Source: a virus. From it: a stretch of 64,000 nt of DNA. Position 1 is the stretch's first letter, and each line of letters starts with the position of its first letter. Below are positions 20,201 through 29,178 of the stretch, piece after piece. The DNA lies in the IMG/VR virus record IMGVR_UViG_3300008050_000036, positions 1-64,000 of that record. One strand, written 5' to 3'. The position numbers and the translations under genes are program-made. The notes beneath the pieces are model-generated. The model had not been told where the DNA came from and ran no database searches. It saw only the letters and a program-made list of their open reading frames with translations.

Positions 20201-22481
20201 GCCGTAGCCCTCTTGTTGATACTACCCCCTCACCAACAGTCACCACAAAACCATTACCGTCAGGTTCAGTAGCAAAGCCAGCAGTAAGAGTCCATATTTG
20301 ATTACCCCCTCCGTATGATGCAATAACCATCCCCCCTTCTTTCACAAAGGGCAATACACTATCCACTTCAATATACGCATTACTACCAGCCAATGTTCCA
20401 AAATTAACGGTGGTGGGCGCACCCACATAAATTGAGGCTCTTGTGAATGATGCGGCGTTTTCACGCGAAAAGCGCACCCATGCTTTACCATTTACCGCAT
20501 CAAAATCATTCACCTTTAAGGCACTTACTTGGTTTTTCATTCCCCAATCAATTGCCCACCGATTCTCATAATTTTGCATTTGGGGGCGATTTGCCGCTGT
20601 CATGGTAGTATCTAAGACTAATTCTAATGATTGATTACTTGGTAATGGGCTACGTTTATTTGTGCTACTTTCTAATCGTTGCTCAATATCAAAAAACATT
20701 GAAGGGAATATAGGTAATTCCACCAAAGCCCGCGTTGAAGCATAATAGGTAGAGGTCTGCCTGTCATTACGCACCGAAGCATTACCTGACCCCACTATTT
20801 TATCCTTCCAAACTGGCAAATTACTATGTTCAACCCTTGTGGGGTTAATATCTATACCACCTTGACCTAAACCACCCATTGTGATGCTAACAGAAGGGCT
20901 ACCGAGGTCGCCTATTTCTTTAATGGGGTGTCCTTCGGCTAATGTAAAATCACGCTCAACCCGTTGGTCTGCAATATCTAATAATTGCGACCTACCCCGA
21001 ATTAGTATTTCGCTGCCTCCCTCACTTACGCTATTTGGTATAATTTCCTCAACCCGCCCTCTCATAAGCATTAACTCAATAGAACAACGGTGATATTGGT
21101 CAGATGCTTCCCTTCTTGTCAAAATAGTGGATAAAGTATTACTTCTTTGGCGGTTTTTTGGGTGTATTAGCAACAAATGTCGGTCACTTTCAATCAAATT
21201 ATCTATAATATCATATTGTTCAAGAGCAACTGGTTGCTGACTACCATATGTGCCTGTTGATAACGCCGTTCCTTTGCCTTGAATACCTATTGACATTGTA
21301 TGATAAGCATTTTTACTATTGGTTGCTGGTGAACGAGTATTGGGTAAAGCGATTGGTATTCCATAACCATTTGTTTTGTTTTTTATCCCCGCAATTGCAC
21401 CTTGAATTACCGTATGTGGGCAATTTTCAATGTTGATAAACGGCGAATTGGTTATATCTCCCGTGGGGTTATTACGAAGGGTATGACTTTTCATTGGGCG
21501 TTGTAAATCTTTAGTAGGGATGGCTATTACTCCACCGGGGGCATGAATTACCAAAGGGGTATAGGCTGGTGGTGCGCCAAATGAAGCAGTATCGTAGGGT
21601 AATTTTAACCAATCAGCCAAAGTGCGATATGATGGTGTGCCTGTGCTATTATCTGTAAAAATGGTATTTGCGTCAGGAACGGTGCGCTTTACCACCAACC
21701 ACGCATTTTGTGTAGTGTTGTTTATGCCTTCAATGTCATTTTTGCTTTCATTATGACTATTTGAGCCAGCAGACGAAGCAAAAGTGCTACCTTTCCACCC
21801 TGCCATTACCTCTCCGGTTAAATCTATTGCATTGTAATATACCAGTATTTTTGGTGGGCCTCCGGCAGTAATTAAGGCGGCTGGTGCATCTATTATAGCC
21901 AACCTGCATTCTTTTTCAGGAGTCAAATGACGGATATAATCACCATTTGTAGGTTTAGTAGGGTCAGTAAAGTCAAAAAGTGCGTTTTGGTCTGTGTCAA
22001 AACCTTTCAACAAAAAGGGTAGCACATCTTCAATACCAATCGCAATAATAGTATCTTTTCCTGACGAATCAATAATTGATGAACCATCGTGGTATGAAAT
22101 ACCCCCTTGTGTGATAATTGATTGGGTTTTGGCCCCCCCAGTAGTAGCACTATATGTGGCTAATTGGCTTTGTGTTTGAACAGTAAGTGCTTCGGCTTGA
22201 TAAACCACTTGGGTAATATCCACTTTGTCATTAAGCCCTACTAAAGAACCAATTGTTGTATCTTCATAACCCGATTCAAACTTATCGGTTAAACCCTGAA
22301 CGGTCCGACTAATGTTTTCACTTTTGGGTTCAGGCATTTTTTTCAAGTAAAAATGCCCCTCAACGCGGTTATATGTGGTTAAACCACACAAACCCTGCAA
22401 GTCTTTTACGGGTGGATTTAACGAATTACTAATTGGGTCCGACCCTTCACCTGTTAATGGTTCTGCATCCGATTCACCCAT
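17286..22481 (-). CDS. Large tail protein with C-terminal LamG/concanavalin A-like domain
   Basis: WSISFFMHP, WNHIVVT, VYVNG and FNGRLSEVALWDKVLSPSDITTLY are LamG signature segments. Confidence 0.8.
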   Translation of the reverse strand: MGESDAEPLTGEGSDPISNSLNPPVKDLQGLCGLTTYNRVEGHFYLKKMPEPKSENISRTVQGLTDKFESGYEDTTIGSLVGLNDKVDITQVVYQAEALTVQTQSQLATYSATTGGAKTQSIITQGGISYHDGSSIIDSSGKDTIIAIGIEDVLPFLLKGFDTDQNALFDFTDPTKPTNGDYIRHLTPEKECRLAIIDAPAALITAGGPPKILVYYNAIDLTGEVMAGWKGSTFASSAGSNSHNESKNDIEGINNTTQNAWLVVKRTVPDANTIFTDNSTGTPSYRTLADWLKLPYDTASFGAPPAYTPLVIHAPGGVIAIPTKDLQRPMKSHTLRNNPTGDITNSPFINIENCPHTVIQGAIAGIKNKTNGYGIPIALPNTRSPATNSKNAYHTMSIGIQGKGTALSTGTYGSQQPVALEQYDIIDNLIESDRHLLLIHPKNRQRSNTLSTILTRREASDQYHRCSIELMLMRGRVEEIIPNSVSEGGSEILIRGRSQLLDIADQRVERDFTLAEGHPIKEIGDLGSPSVSITMGGLGQGGIDINPTRVEHSNLPVWKDKIVGSGNASVRNDRQTSTYYASTRALVELPIFPSMFFDIEQRLESSTNKRSPLPSNQSLELVLDTTMTAANRPQMQNYENRWAIDWGMKNQVSALKVNDFDAVNGKAWVRFSRENAASFTRASIYVGAPTTVNFGTLAGSNAYIEVDSVLPFVKEGGMVIASYGGGNQIWTLTAGFATEPDGNGFVVTVGEGVVSTRGLRLHIWKMEINGASHRLYYNRYHDWEDDLLNEAGLISQIIEGLPVIMGCWLADTGGEGSGLYPVGHSITGLQVPVGTSASTLAQNYAGSMEIALGFRRSSNTRICFDPDDSTGATIIILNGPNMEGFSFDPGNYIYSDDDIPLNPPIECRTGYLSLKGKKADDTLDWVRPQRIKLGDIGNKGNVTNLEEGVNELIRQINQAGHPLAKNTNGGSAFDPPVLFDENAGTYTITSTDNGSHMGYVRAFIGSDVESRDGESGLSIVIHSTIPGATGRNFAAWLHNYSPYPYRPIQAIGHGGLLATNSRSYQASSFAAPLPLGMDGETFVPITTFQGGLHGAVEDAMGNLRTYKGIGQEYSFKTITGAKQTNGELWPDYDLEVFPNLVVERKTLDIISRVSENISSTNKGKILVNGIIGVFEGIGANVAGNICKVRGNGACAFLLNARPIDINDVKKWNDMFFDRNGNYKEITIKLILPLIDNHGILFFGGGHTGVTFDISDGTANDYGDFYTHHYSKGPSGYSGFQNLHEVQTAAAVLDFTNIKNADTVKENTYRGIHHKQTITNTGTAPESNHLMTQDVLFYVRLNNGELDQIDYTTGSEAPVESLYGSKLMAVGNWNNALIAQTSSPIIVDGDARAVYFSGQPNHACLALHKIEVEGLQQVSPRVPIKNDMEADDWSISFFMHPHDTTWPWTTIYGNGPVLHGIDQNGKPWGISIVSKEDVLIGTDIDFKVIMHDTQNGGLSFNYESNSVVRAKGLWNHIVVTHEGGHGGAGALVYVNGALISTIQTPILNVDLVNQGIYNGGTVPDTPHLPQNIGVGIKANSGILVNHPLASLYSAFSTDRIAVASNPTIQFNVGDEVLTSGGGFIGIIDSMDSTTILFVENILVNVPHNDNLQKITALGTGFYGRDSNMLTLGVGLITHSPIPTYTYGEHHGGGVNVYDPIYFNGRLSEVALWDKVLSPSDITTLYNARSVWD

Positions 22482-22483
22482 TT

Positions 22484-25099
22484 TTAGACCCCATATTTAT
22501 CTTCGAACCATTGTTTTATATCAGCATCTTGAGTATCACTCATATGAAGTGGATAGGCGAGTATTTCATGCACAATAAAACCCGGTGGTGCTAAGTTAGC
22601 AATATCATTGGCCCCCCCACTATCTGTCATTTCACATAAAAAGTCAATGCCTCCCCTTTGGGGTGAAATATCATCAAAAATAAGTGAAGTGGTAGGCGAC
22701 CAATTACCTGTCCCACCAATACCATTTACTCCCTGTTCCCCACGCCAATCCCAAGCGAAACGAGAAGCCCCTGCATCTATTCTTAGGGATATAAGAGCAG
22801 GTGAACCAGCAGTAGGTCTGTAAGTAGAAGGCAAACCTACACCAACCATCCCATCAGCATCAACGTAAGGGAATGTTCCCCCATTATCTATTTGAACATT
22901 AAAATTATTGTTTATTTCACTTCGCATCAATGTAAGAGGCACACCAGCAGTATATTGAGGGGTGACTACGAAGTAATAAGACCAATCGCCGTCTGTCATA
23001 TCTGGACCACCGCCATACAAATTAGCGAGGTGTTGGATAGCAAAAGCAACAGGGCTTGACCCCGCAACGGCATTTGCTCTTACTGCGCTATCTCCATTAA
23101 CCCACCCTGAACCACCATAGAATTGTTGCCCAACTGGATATGTAGGCACGATTACCCCACCGCCAATAACAGGGCTACCACCCTGCCAAGCCATAGGTCC
23201 AGTAGGAGATACTAATGCTTCACTTGGGCTTACTGCTATAAGCCCACTACGATTGTTTGCTTTACCACAATTTTGAATCCAACGCCAGCCATCACCCCAA
23301 CCATAAAAGTGATAATTCATAGTGCCGTCTGCCCTTGCTTTACTGTTCCACCAAAACACATAATCATCATTACTGACAACAGAAGTGCCGTCATAGCGCA
23401 ATACTGTTGTTTTGTCGTTAGCATCTAACCATATAGCAAGGTCATTAGCAAGAGGTGGTTCTATTGCTGATGAAGTGCCTGATACTCCTTGCACTTGAGT
23501 AAGCATTTCATTTGACATACGAGATTTGGTAGCGATAAAATAAGCATCATTACCTTCGCCACTTTTATCATTAAAACGCTGGTTTTGAGTGAATGTAGCC
23601 CTTGTCATTTGTCCTTTTGGTCTTACAACAGCGGTAGTAGCACCGGGGTCAATAACTAAATCAGCATTACCAAGTGTGAACCAAACAGGGGTGTTGTCAG
23701 GATGCTCAAACAAAAATCCCTGTGTATTGGGGTCGTTGTTCCCTGACAATATAGTGTTTTGAATTATAACACTTGGGGGTCGGCCTAATCCTACATCCCC
23801 TTTGAAGTCAATTGCTACAATCCTCACGCGCTCAATAGGGTTCACCATTGGGTCAAGGTCAATGCCCCCTTCAGGTGATGAATCATAATACCCAAAGGGA
23901 GAAACACTACCCCCTGTCATTGGGTCAGTGCCGCCCGCATTTACTATGGCGTTGAGATTTGAAACGGGGATGCCGTCAGAATGGTAGTTAGCACCAGTAA
24001 TTTGTGATGAAATGTCAAGAACCCCTCCTTCCCACCAAGTCTGCAATTGTAATTCCTCAACTTCTATTGAAAGCATATGAGAAGCCAATAACTCTAACGC
24101 AGTAGGGCGTTCTGTAAGGCCCGCCACTACACTATCAGGAAAATCCCTTATACTAAAATAACCATAATCATAACCTGCTTTTAGAGTAATAGGGCTGGTA
24201 ATATCACCACTTACCTCAATGGTAGTAAAATCATACCCTACGCAAACCATAGGTAAAGGCATCAACCCCTCCCCTTCACTACCCACGCCATCTTTGCCCT
24301 GTTGAGGATGAGCAGGATTACGATTATTAAAAAAATATATTTGTGGTATATCATCTTCATCTTCAAAATCCCATAAACCAACTGCTTCAGGTATTGTAGT
24401 AAAAGGGCGCATCTTTGGTTCAATCACACCCCTACTAATACGCACACTTTCAATAATACCTCTATATTCGCCACCCTCACCACCTATGAAAAGGTCTGCT
24501 GATTGACTACGTATGATGCGTTTTTCACCTCCAAAATCCATATCTGCTACTAAATCAGTGTTAATGTAAATACGCATCCGTGTTCCTGTAAATTGGGCAT
24601 TTACATATAATAATTCACGGGAGGGTAAATCAAGGTCATGGGGTTTTGATTCGCCCCCACTATAAGACCCCCAATCAGTATTTGTTTGAGGATATGTTAT
24701 AACACTTGACACTCGTTCACTTCCTATTTTGCCTTCGGAGGTTCGGGTATGGAGGTCAAACACCGCTGGCGCAGACGAAAACGGCTCACCTACTTTTAAG
24801 GTGAAAGCATTTGGTTTGTGAACAATTACTCCCCCCCTATCGGGTATTACAAAAGCCTCTATTGTGAACGGCCCAATTATGTTATTCAACCCGTTGCCTT
24901 CATTGGGTATGTGCATAGAACCTACCTTTGGGCTATCGCTCTCATAAACACCCACTTTGTTTGTCACCCCTTGCTTTTCATCATGGGCAGCATTGAATAA
25001 ATCCACCCCACTTTCACGGAATGACCCAGTAGGCACAACCATACCATCTGTATATCCATTTAGCCTAACGGCTTTAGAATGAATCATTCGAATAGGCAT
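22484..25099 (-). CDS. Tail protein with LamG-like domains
   Basis: FTIEAFV, RIYIN, LFIGG, YRGIIESVRIS and GLWDFED; a second domain starts LAIWLDAND and ends HEILAY..IKQWFEDKYGV. Confidence 0.8.
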   Translation of the reverse strand: MPIRMIHSKAVRLNGYTDGMVVPTGSFRESGVDLFNAAHDEKQGVTNKVGVYESDSPKVGSMHIPNEGNGLNNIIGPFTIEAFVIPDRGGVIVHKPNAFTLKVGEPFSSAPAVFDLHTRTSEGKIGSERVSSVITYPQTNTDWGSYSGGESKPHDLDLPSRELLYVNAQFTGTRMRIYINTDLVADMDFGGEKRIIRSQSADLFIGGEGGEYRGIIESVRISRGVIEPKMRPFTTIPEAVGLWDFEDEDDIPQIYFFNNRNPAHPQQGKDGVGSEGEGLMPLPMVCVGYDFTTIEVSGDITSPITLKAGYDYGYFSIRDFPDSVVAGLTERPTALELLASHMLSIEVEELQLQTWWEGGVLDISSQITGANYHSDGIPVSNLNAIVNAGGTDPMTGGSVSPFGYYDSSPEGGIDLDPMVNPIERVRIVAIDFKGDVGLGRPPSVIIQNTILSGNNDPNTQGFLFEHPDNTPVWFTLGNADLVIDPGATTAVVRPKGQMTRATFTQNQRFNDKSGEGNDAYFIATKSRMSNEMLTQVQGVSGTSSAIEPPLANDLAIWLDANDKTTVLRYDGTSVVSNDDYVFWWNSKARADGTMNYHFYGWGDGWRWIQNCGKANNRSGLIAVSPSEALVSPTGPMAWQGGSPVIGGGVIVPTYPVGQQFYGGSGWVNGDSAVRANAVAGSSPVAFAIQHLANLYGGGPDMTDGDWSYYFVVTPQYTAGVPLTLMRSEINNNFNVQIDNGGTFPYVDADGMVGVGLPSTYRPTAGSPALISLRIDAGASRFAWDWRGEQGVNGIGGTGNWSPTTSLIFDDISPQRGGIDFLCEMTDSGGANDIANLAPPGFIVHEILAYPLHMSDTQDADIKQWFEDKYGV

Positions 25100-25103
25100 A
25101 TCA

Positions 25104-26372
25104 TCAAATCCCTAATAATTGTTCACAAGCGACAAATCCTAATGTATAAGTCCATACCGAATCACCCGCTTCATAAGATGGTTGAAAGGTTTGAATTACC
25201 CCCGGAATTGCTATGCCTTGCCTAAAGAATGGATTTGGGCGCACTACTTCACCGCCCACTATGTCTATTGGGTCAAATGCAGTAGTATTTTCATCTGCTG
25301 GATAACTTGTTCCGGGGCCAGATGGTGAAATAAATTGCCGTATTACAGTAGTATCAGCCCCCGTTGCAGTAATTATAGAATCATATGGTATGCGAATACC
25401 AACAATATACTTCTCTACATTATCAGAACGGTCTATCCTCAAAAACTTGCTTATATCAAAATTAGAAATAGAATCGGGCATCTCAATCAAATCTCCTGTG
25501 AAGGATTGTGCGCTCAACATACCACCTCCGGGGCTTGCATTCATAGTCATGTTAAGTAAATCTTGTATCTTATCCCCACGACTCATTTTACTACCAGTCA
25601 CACCATTATTCAATGACGATGAAACCCAAAAGGCATTAGCCCAATTTTGAGTAGTGCTAACCCCCAATGCCCCACTTTTAGTAATAGGTGTATTACCATC
25701 AGCACCTTTAGTAATGTTAGTTATAGTTATTTTTTCAGTAGTTAATGCACCTACTCCTTGATGGTCGCCACTTAATTGTTTTTGTCCTGCACTTTGAGTA
25801 ATTGTGAATATGGATGATATAGTGGCCGCTGCACCATTAACATTAACTGAATTAGTAGTAAGAGCAGTATGTATTGCATCTGCAAGGTGTCCTGTGTGAT
25901 TAACTACACCACTAAGGTCAATAGGCACAATAGTATTGGTCGCCGCACCAGTAGCCCATGCAGGGCCAGCACTTGTGCTAAAACGCAGGGTAATATCTTC
26001 ATCAAGACCAGCCGCTACTTGACCTGCTGATTTGAAAGTCCACTGCTTACCTTCTAACATTGTCACAATATCTGCAATTGACCCAATATCATCTTGTGCT
26101 ATCTGTTGATTAAACCACGAATCGGCATTAGTAGTAGGGCGTGATAAGTCTAATGACCCTATCGCACCAACCGAGCCACTTACTTCTGAATCATCAGTCA
26201 TTATACCATCAACTGTAATACTTAAATTATTGTCGTTGGTATCAAAACCAGCCCTTACGCCAACAATAGGTATAGCCCATATTTTGACTCCCCGTTGGAT
26301 ATTAAATGCTATATTAGTAGCATTCAATTCAATTATTCCGCCATCACGCCTAATTAAGTGTATTTTAGGCAT
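25104..26372 (-). CDS. Putative distal tail/tube-initiator protein with inserted domain
   Basis: Immediately downstream of the tape measure gene; terminal beta segments such as IPGVIQTFQPSY..WTYTLGF. Confidence 0.55.
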   Translation of the reverse strand: MPKIHLIRRDGGIIELNATNIAFNIQRGVKIWAIPIVGVRAGFDTNDNNLSITVDGIMTDDSEVSGSVGAIGSLDLSRPTTNADSWFNQQIAQDDIGSIADIVTMLEGKQWTFKSAGQVAAGLDEDITLRFSTSAGPAWATGAATNTIVPIDLSGVVNHTGHLADAIHTALTTNSVNVNGAAATISSIFTITQSAGQKQLSGDHQGVGALTTEKITITNITKGADGNTPITKSGALGVSTTQNWANAFWVSSSLNNGVTGSKMSRGDKIQDLLNMTMNASPGGGMLSAQSFTGDLIEMPDSISNFDISKFLRIDRSDNVEKYIVGIRIPYDSIITATGADTTVIRQFISPSGPGTSYPADENTTAFDPIDIVGGEVVRPNPFFRQGIAIPGVIQTFQPSYEAGDSVWTYTLGFVACEQLLGI

Positions 26373-26374
26373 GG

Positions 26375-28081
26375 TTAAACACCTCTACTATATCCACTAC
26401 CTCTTGAACGGTTGCGGAATGTGCGGCCTACTTCTTCGGATATTAAACGGGCTAATTTGCGATTATCGCCATTACCCCCACTAACATTGATTGTAAGATT
26501 GATGTTATCTCCCCCTTGACCGCCCCCCATGCCTTGTATTGTGACAGGGATGGTGCGGCCATCAGGGAGAGGCACAACGGCTTCTGTCCCGTGTAATGTG
26601 GCCGGATAGCCGTTCTTAGAACCACTGGCTATACCCCCTCCTGCAAAACTGAACATACTACCTCCAATACTCCCTATTCCATCCAATGTGAACCTACCAA
26701 CGCCTTCTAAAATCGTTTCTATCACATCAATAATTGGGGCTAAGAACTTCATTATTTGTTCTTTTGCTTCACCAAAATAACCAACAATCTTCCCAATTGT
26801 TCCCTGCCACATAGTAGTAATACTTTCAAGTAAAGTCTTTACTTTGCCCCAATCTCCTTGTAAAGCAGCAACAACAACCCTAATCATAGTCACAACGGTC
26901 CGAACTACTGTGATAAAGACTACTATTGCTGCTTTCATAAAGGCGAAAACTGCTTTGGCATAAGGCTTTACATATGGATAAACCCATCTAATGAACTTGA
27001 TTATTGTGGATATATATTTAGCAACACACTTAATCCATAATGCCCTTAACTCGGCAGACATACTGATTATTTCGTTAATAAAGTCTAAAAGCCCCGAACT
27101 TTCTAAGAACCCCATGAACTTAGACCACGCAGTAGTCATTGTGTTCATTATGGTATCAAATGTGAGTCCTGTGCCTTCTAAAGCCCCCGTTATTTCATCA
27201 TAAGCCCCCGATATTTCACTCCATAATAACTGAACATTTGTTATTATTGTTTGAAGGATTCCTGAACTAATCAACACATCAATTAACTCAAAAATCATAT
27301 CATAGACACTATTATAAACGACAAAAAACATACCAATTGCTTCTTCAAGCCCCGCACCCAATTGATTCAAAACTACCCGAAAATCAATATCAGTATCAGA
27401 AAAGGTGACTTGCGATTTAATGTTCTCCCATAATCCAATTACTCGTTCTTTTTGTTGTGACAAAGTATCAACTAAACCAGTAAAAAGGGTTTGAGCCGCA
27501 GGTCCAAAGGCTTCTTGTAATGTTGCGGCTGCCCCCAAAGCACCCGTTTTCACCGCTTCAAAATCAAAATTACCTATTTTATCCTTTAGAAAATCAACTT
27601 TTTCTTGAACAAAACCAAAAGCCGCCCCCAAAATAGGTAAATCTTCTAACCAAGCACGTAATGAACCCCCTCCCTTATCAAAAGCGGCCACAAGTAGCAT
27701 AACTACACCCATTATCATAAAAAATATACCAATTAAAGGTAAAATAGTAATCAAAATACCATTAAAAAGTGCTTTTGTTATTTTCAAAGTCTTAGTAAAA
27801 GGTAAAAAGACCAAATGTAATGTAGTAGCCGTCTTAGTCATTTTTTTCATATTTTCATTGGCTTTTTCATCTACTTTTTCCTTTTCTTTGAAAAGTTCCT
27901 TAACACTTTGAGTAGCCATTTTGAACTTTATTTGGGCTTCATACAACGGACCCAAAAACTTCATCATCATTCGGTATCTGTCAGGTAATATAGCAAGCCC
28001 ACTATCCAATTGCGTAAGGGTCTTTACTTGATTGGCGAATTGATAATTCATTCCACCTATAAGTTCACTATCATTACCCAT
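26375..28081 (-). CDS. Tape measure protein
   Basis: Helical amphipathic repeats with periodic aromatics. The C-terminus FAGGGIASG..LHGTEAVVPLPDGR..INLTINVSG is typical. It follows the tail chaperone. Confidence 0.88.
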   Translation of the reverse strand: MGNDSELIGGMNYQFANQVKTLTQLDSGLAILPDRYRMMMKFLGPLYEAQIKFKMATQSVKELFKEKEKVDEKANENMKKMTKTATTLHLVFLPFTKTLKITKALFNGILITILPLIGIFFMIMGVVMLLVAAFDKGGGSLRAWLEDLPILGAAFGFVQEKVDFLKDKIGNFDFEAVKTGALGAAATLQEAFGPAAQTLFTGLVDTLSQQKERVIGLWENIKSQVTFSDTDIDFRVVLNQLGAGLEEAIGMFFVVYNSVYDMIFELIDVLISSGILQTIITNVQLLWSEISGAYDEITGALEGTGLTFDTIMNTMTTAWSKFMGFLESSGLLDFINEIISMSAELRALWIKCVAKYISTIIKFIRWVYPYVKPYAKAVFAFMKAAIVVFITVVRTVVTMIRVVVAALQGDWGKVKTLLESITTMWQGTIGKIVGYFGEAKEQIMKFLAPIIDVIETILEGVGRFTLDGIGSIGGSMFSFAGGGIASGSKNGYPATLHGTEAVVPLPDGRTIPVTIQGMGGGQGGDNINLTINVSGGNGDNRKLARLISEEVGRTFRNRSRGSGYSRGV

Positions 28082-28418
28082 TATTCTTCAACCCTGTATT
28101 CATTCGCTCGAAAAAGTCAGCATCACTTGTGGTGCGAACCGGCCGGCCCTTCGTTTGGCCGACTGAATGCTCACGCTTTAATTTGTTCATCATTTCCGCC
28201 TCTTGCTCACGATAAGCCACCATTAACAGATAATCCAAAACTACCCTTTCAGGGGGTAAATCATCCCATGAATGAGGGGGGCATTTGAAAAATACCCCAA
28301 GAAAAAAAGTAGTCAAAGCCGACCCTAAAACGGGTATTTTTTGTGCATTTAAGGGAAGGTCGCCTTCGCCATTCCACTTGATGAATACCCGTATATCATC
28401 AGCAGTTATTCCAAAGGG
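28074..28418 (-). CDS. Tail assembly chaperone, -1 frame extension (GT-type product)
   Basis: The -1 frame is open from the slippery site: PFGITADDIRVFIKWNG...FFKCPPHSWDDLPPERV...KNNG. Confidence 0.75.
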   Translation of the reverse strand, partial: PFGITADDIRVFIKWNGEGDLPLNAQKIPVLGSALTTFFLGVFFKCPPHSWDDLPPERVVLDYLLMVAYREQEAEMMNKLKREHSVGQTKGRPVRTTSDADFFERMNTGLKNNG

Positions 28419-28774
28419 CCTGTCATGCCCCCTTCTCCCATCCCTTCTGTGAGGGAGTCAAAAGAGGGTAATAAAGCCTGTATAGCATTACCGACTTCAC
28501 CTTTAAGATTAAGTAAATCATTATTACTTAGGGCAGGTTCGGTTTTTATTACACAGCGTTTTAACATGAAACGCCAATAACCACCAAAGTCAATTTGAGG
28601 GGTCATTTCACCATCATCACCGGTGGTTAAAGATACAAACTTACCCAAAGCCTCTTGGCGGTCAATCCATGATAATTCACGAATCCATACGGTCAAAGAC
28701 CCAAATGGGGTTTCAATTTCATGTTCTTCTGCTGTTTTACCTATGAGTAAATCATTCACTGTTGCTCGTTGCAT
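28406..28774 (-). CDS. Tail assembly chaperone (G-type)
   Basis: Lies between tail tube and tape measure; VWIRELSWID motif; GGTGA RBS before ATG 28774. Confidence 0.8.
   Translation of the reverse strand: MQRATVNDLLIGKTAEEHEIETPFGSLTVWIRELSWIDRQEALGKFVSLTTGDDGEMTPQIDFGGYWRFMLKRCVIKTEPALSNNDLLNLKGEVGNAIQALLPSFDSLTEGMGEGGMTGPLE
28412..28418 (-). other. Programmed -1 ribosomal frameshift slippery heptamer C CCT TTG
   Basis: The minus strand reads GGC CCT TTG GAA TAA. This is an X XXY YYZ heptamer one codon before the chaperone stop. Confidence 0.75.
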
Positions 28775-29135
28775 TGTTTTCACCTTCATTGACTTCGGCT
28801 TCTTCACCTGCACCATCGTTAGTGTTCAATCGCTCAATCAATTCAGCCTTTGTGCCTGAAGCGGAGAGTCCAGCCTGACTACATAATACTTGTAATTCGG
28901 TCTTATTTAACTCACCATAACTTGTTGGCTCAACTACTTCATTAACAGGTGCTTCATCAATTACTGGTTGGGGTGCTGGTGCTGCTGGTGCAGGGGCTAC
29001 AACTACTAATGGGTCAATGACTTTAATTTCTGAAGCAGATAATCCTGCACCTTCAACTATTTCACTACCGTTAATAGTCCAATTCAAAAACTCACGCCTT
29101 CCTCCCACTGTTATATACCCTGTCAGCCTTACCAT
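28752..29135 (-). CDS. SAP/HeH-domain protein
   Basis: YGELNKTELQVLCSQAGLSASGTKAELIERL matches the SAP consensus, after a Pro/Ala linker. Confidence 0.8.
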   Translation of the reverse strand: MVRLTGYITVGGRREFLNWTINGSEIVEGAGLSASEIKVIDPLVVVAPAPAAPAPQPVIDEAPVNEVVEPTSYGELNKTELQVLCSQAGLSASGTKAELIERLNTNDGAGEEAEVNEGENNATSNSE

Positions 29136-29178
29136 CTGTATCACTCCTGTTAGTTCTTCTTATTAGTTATTTGCCTCA

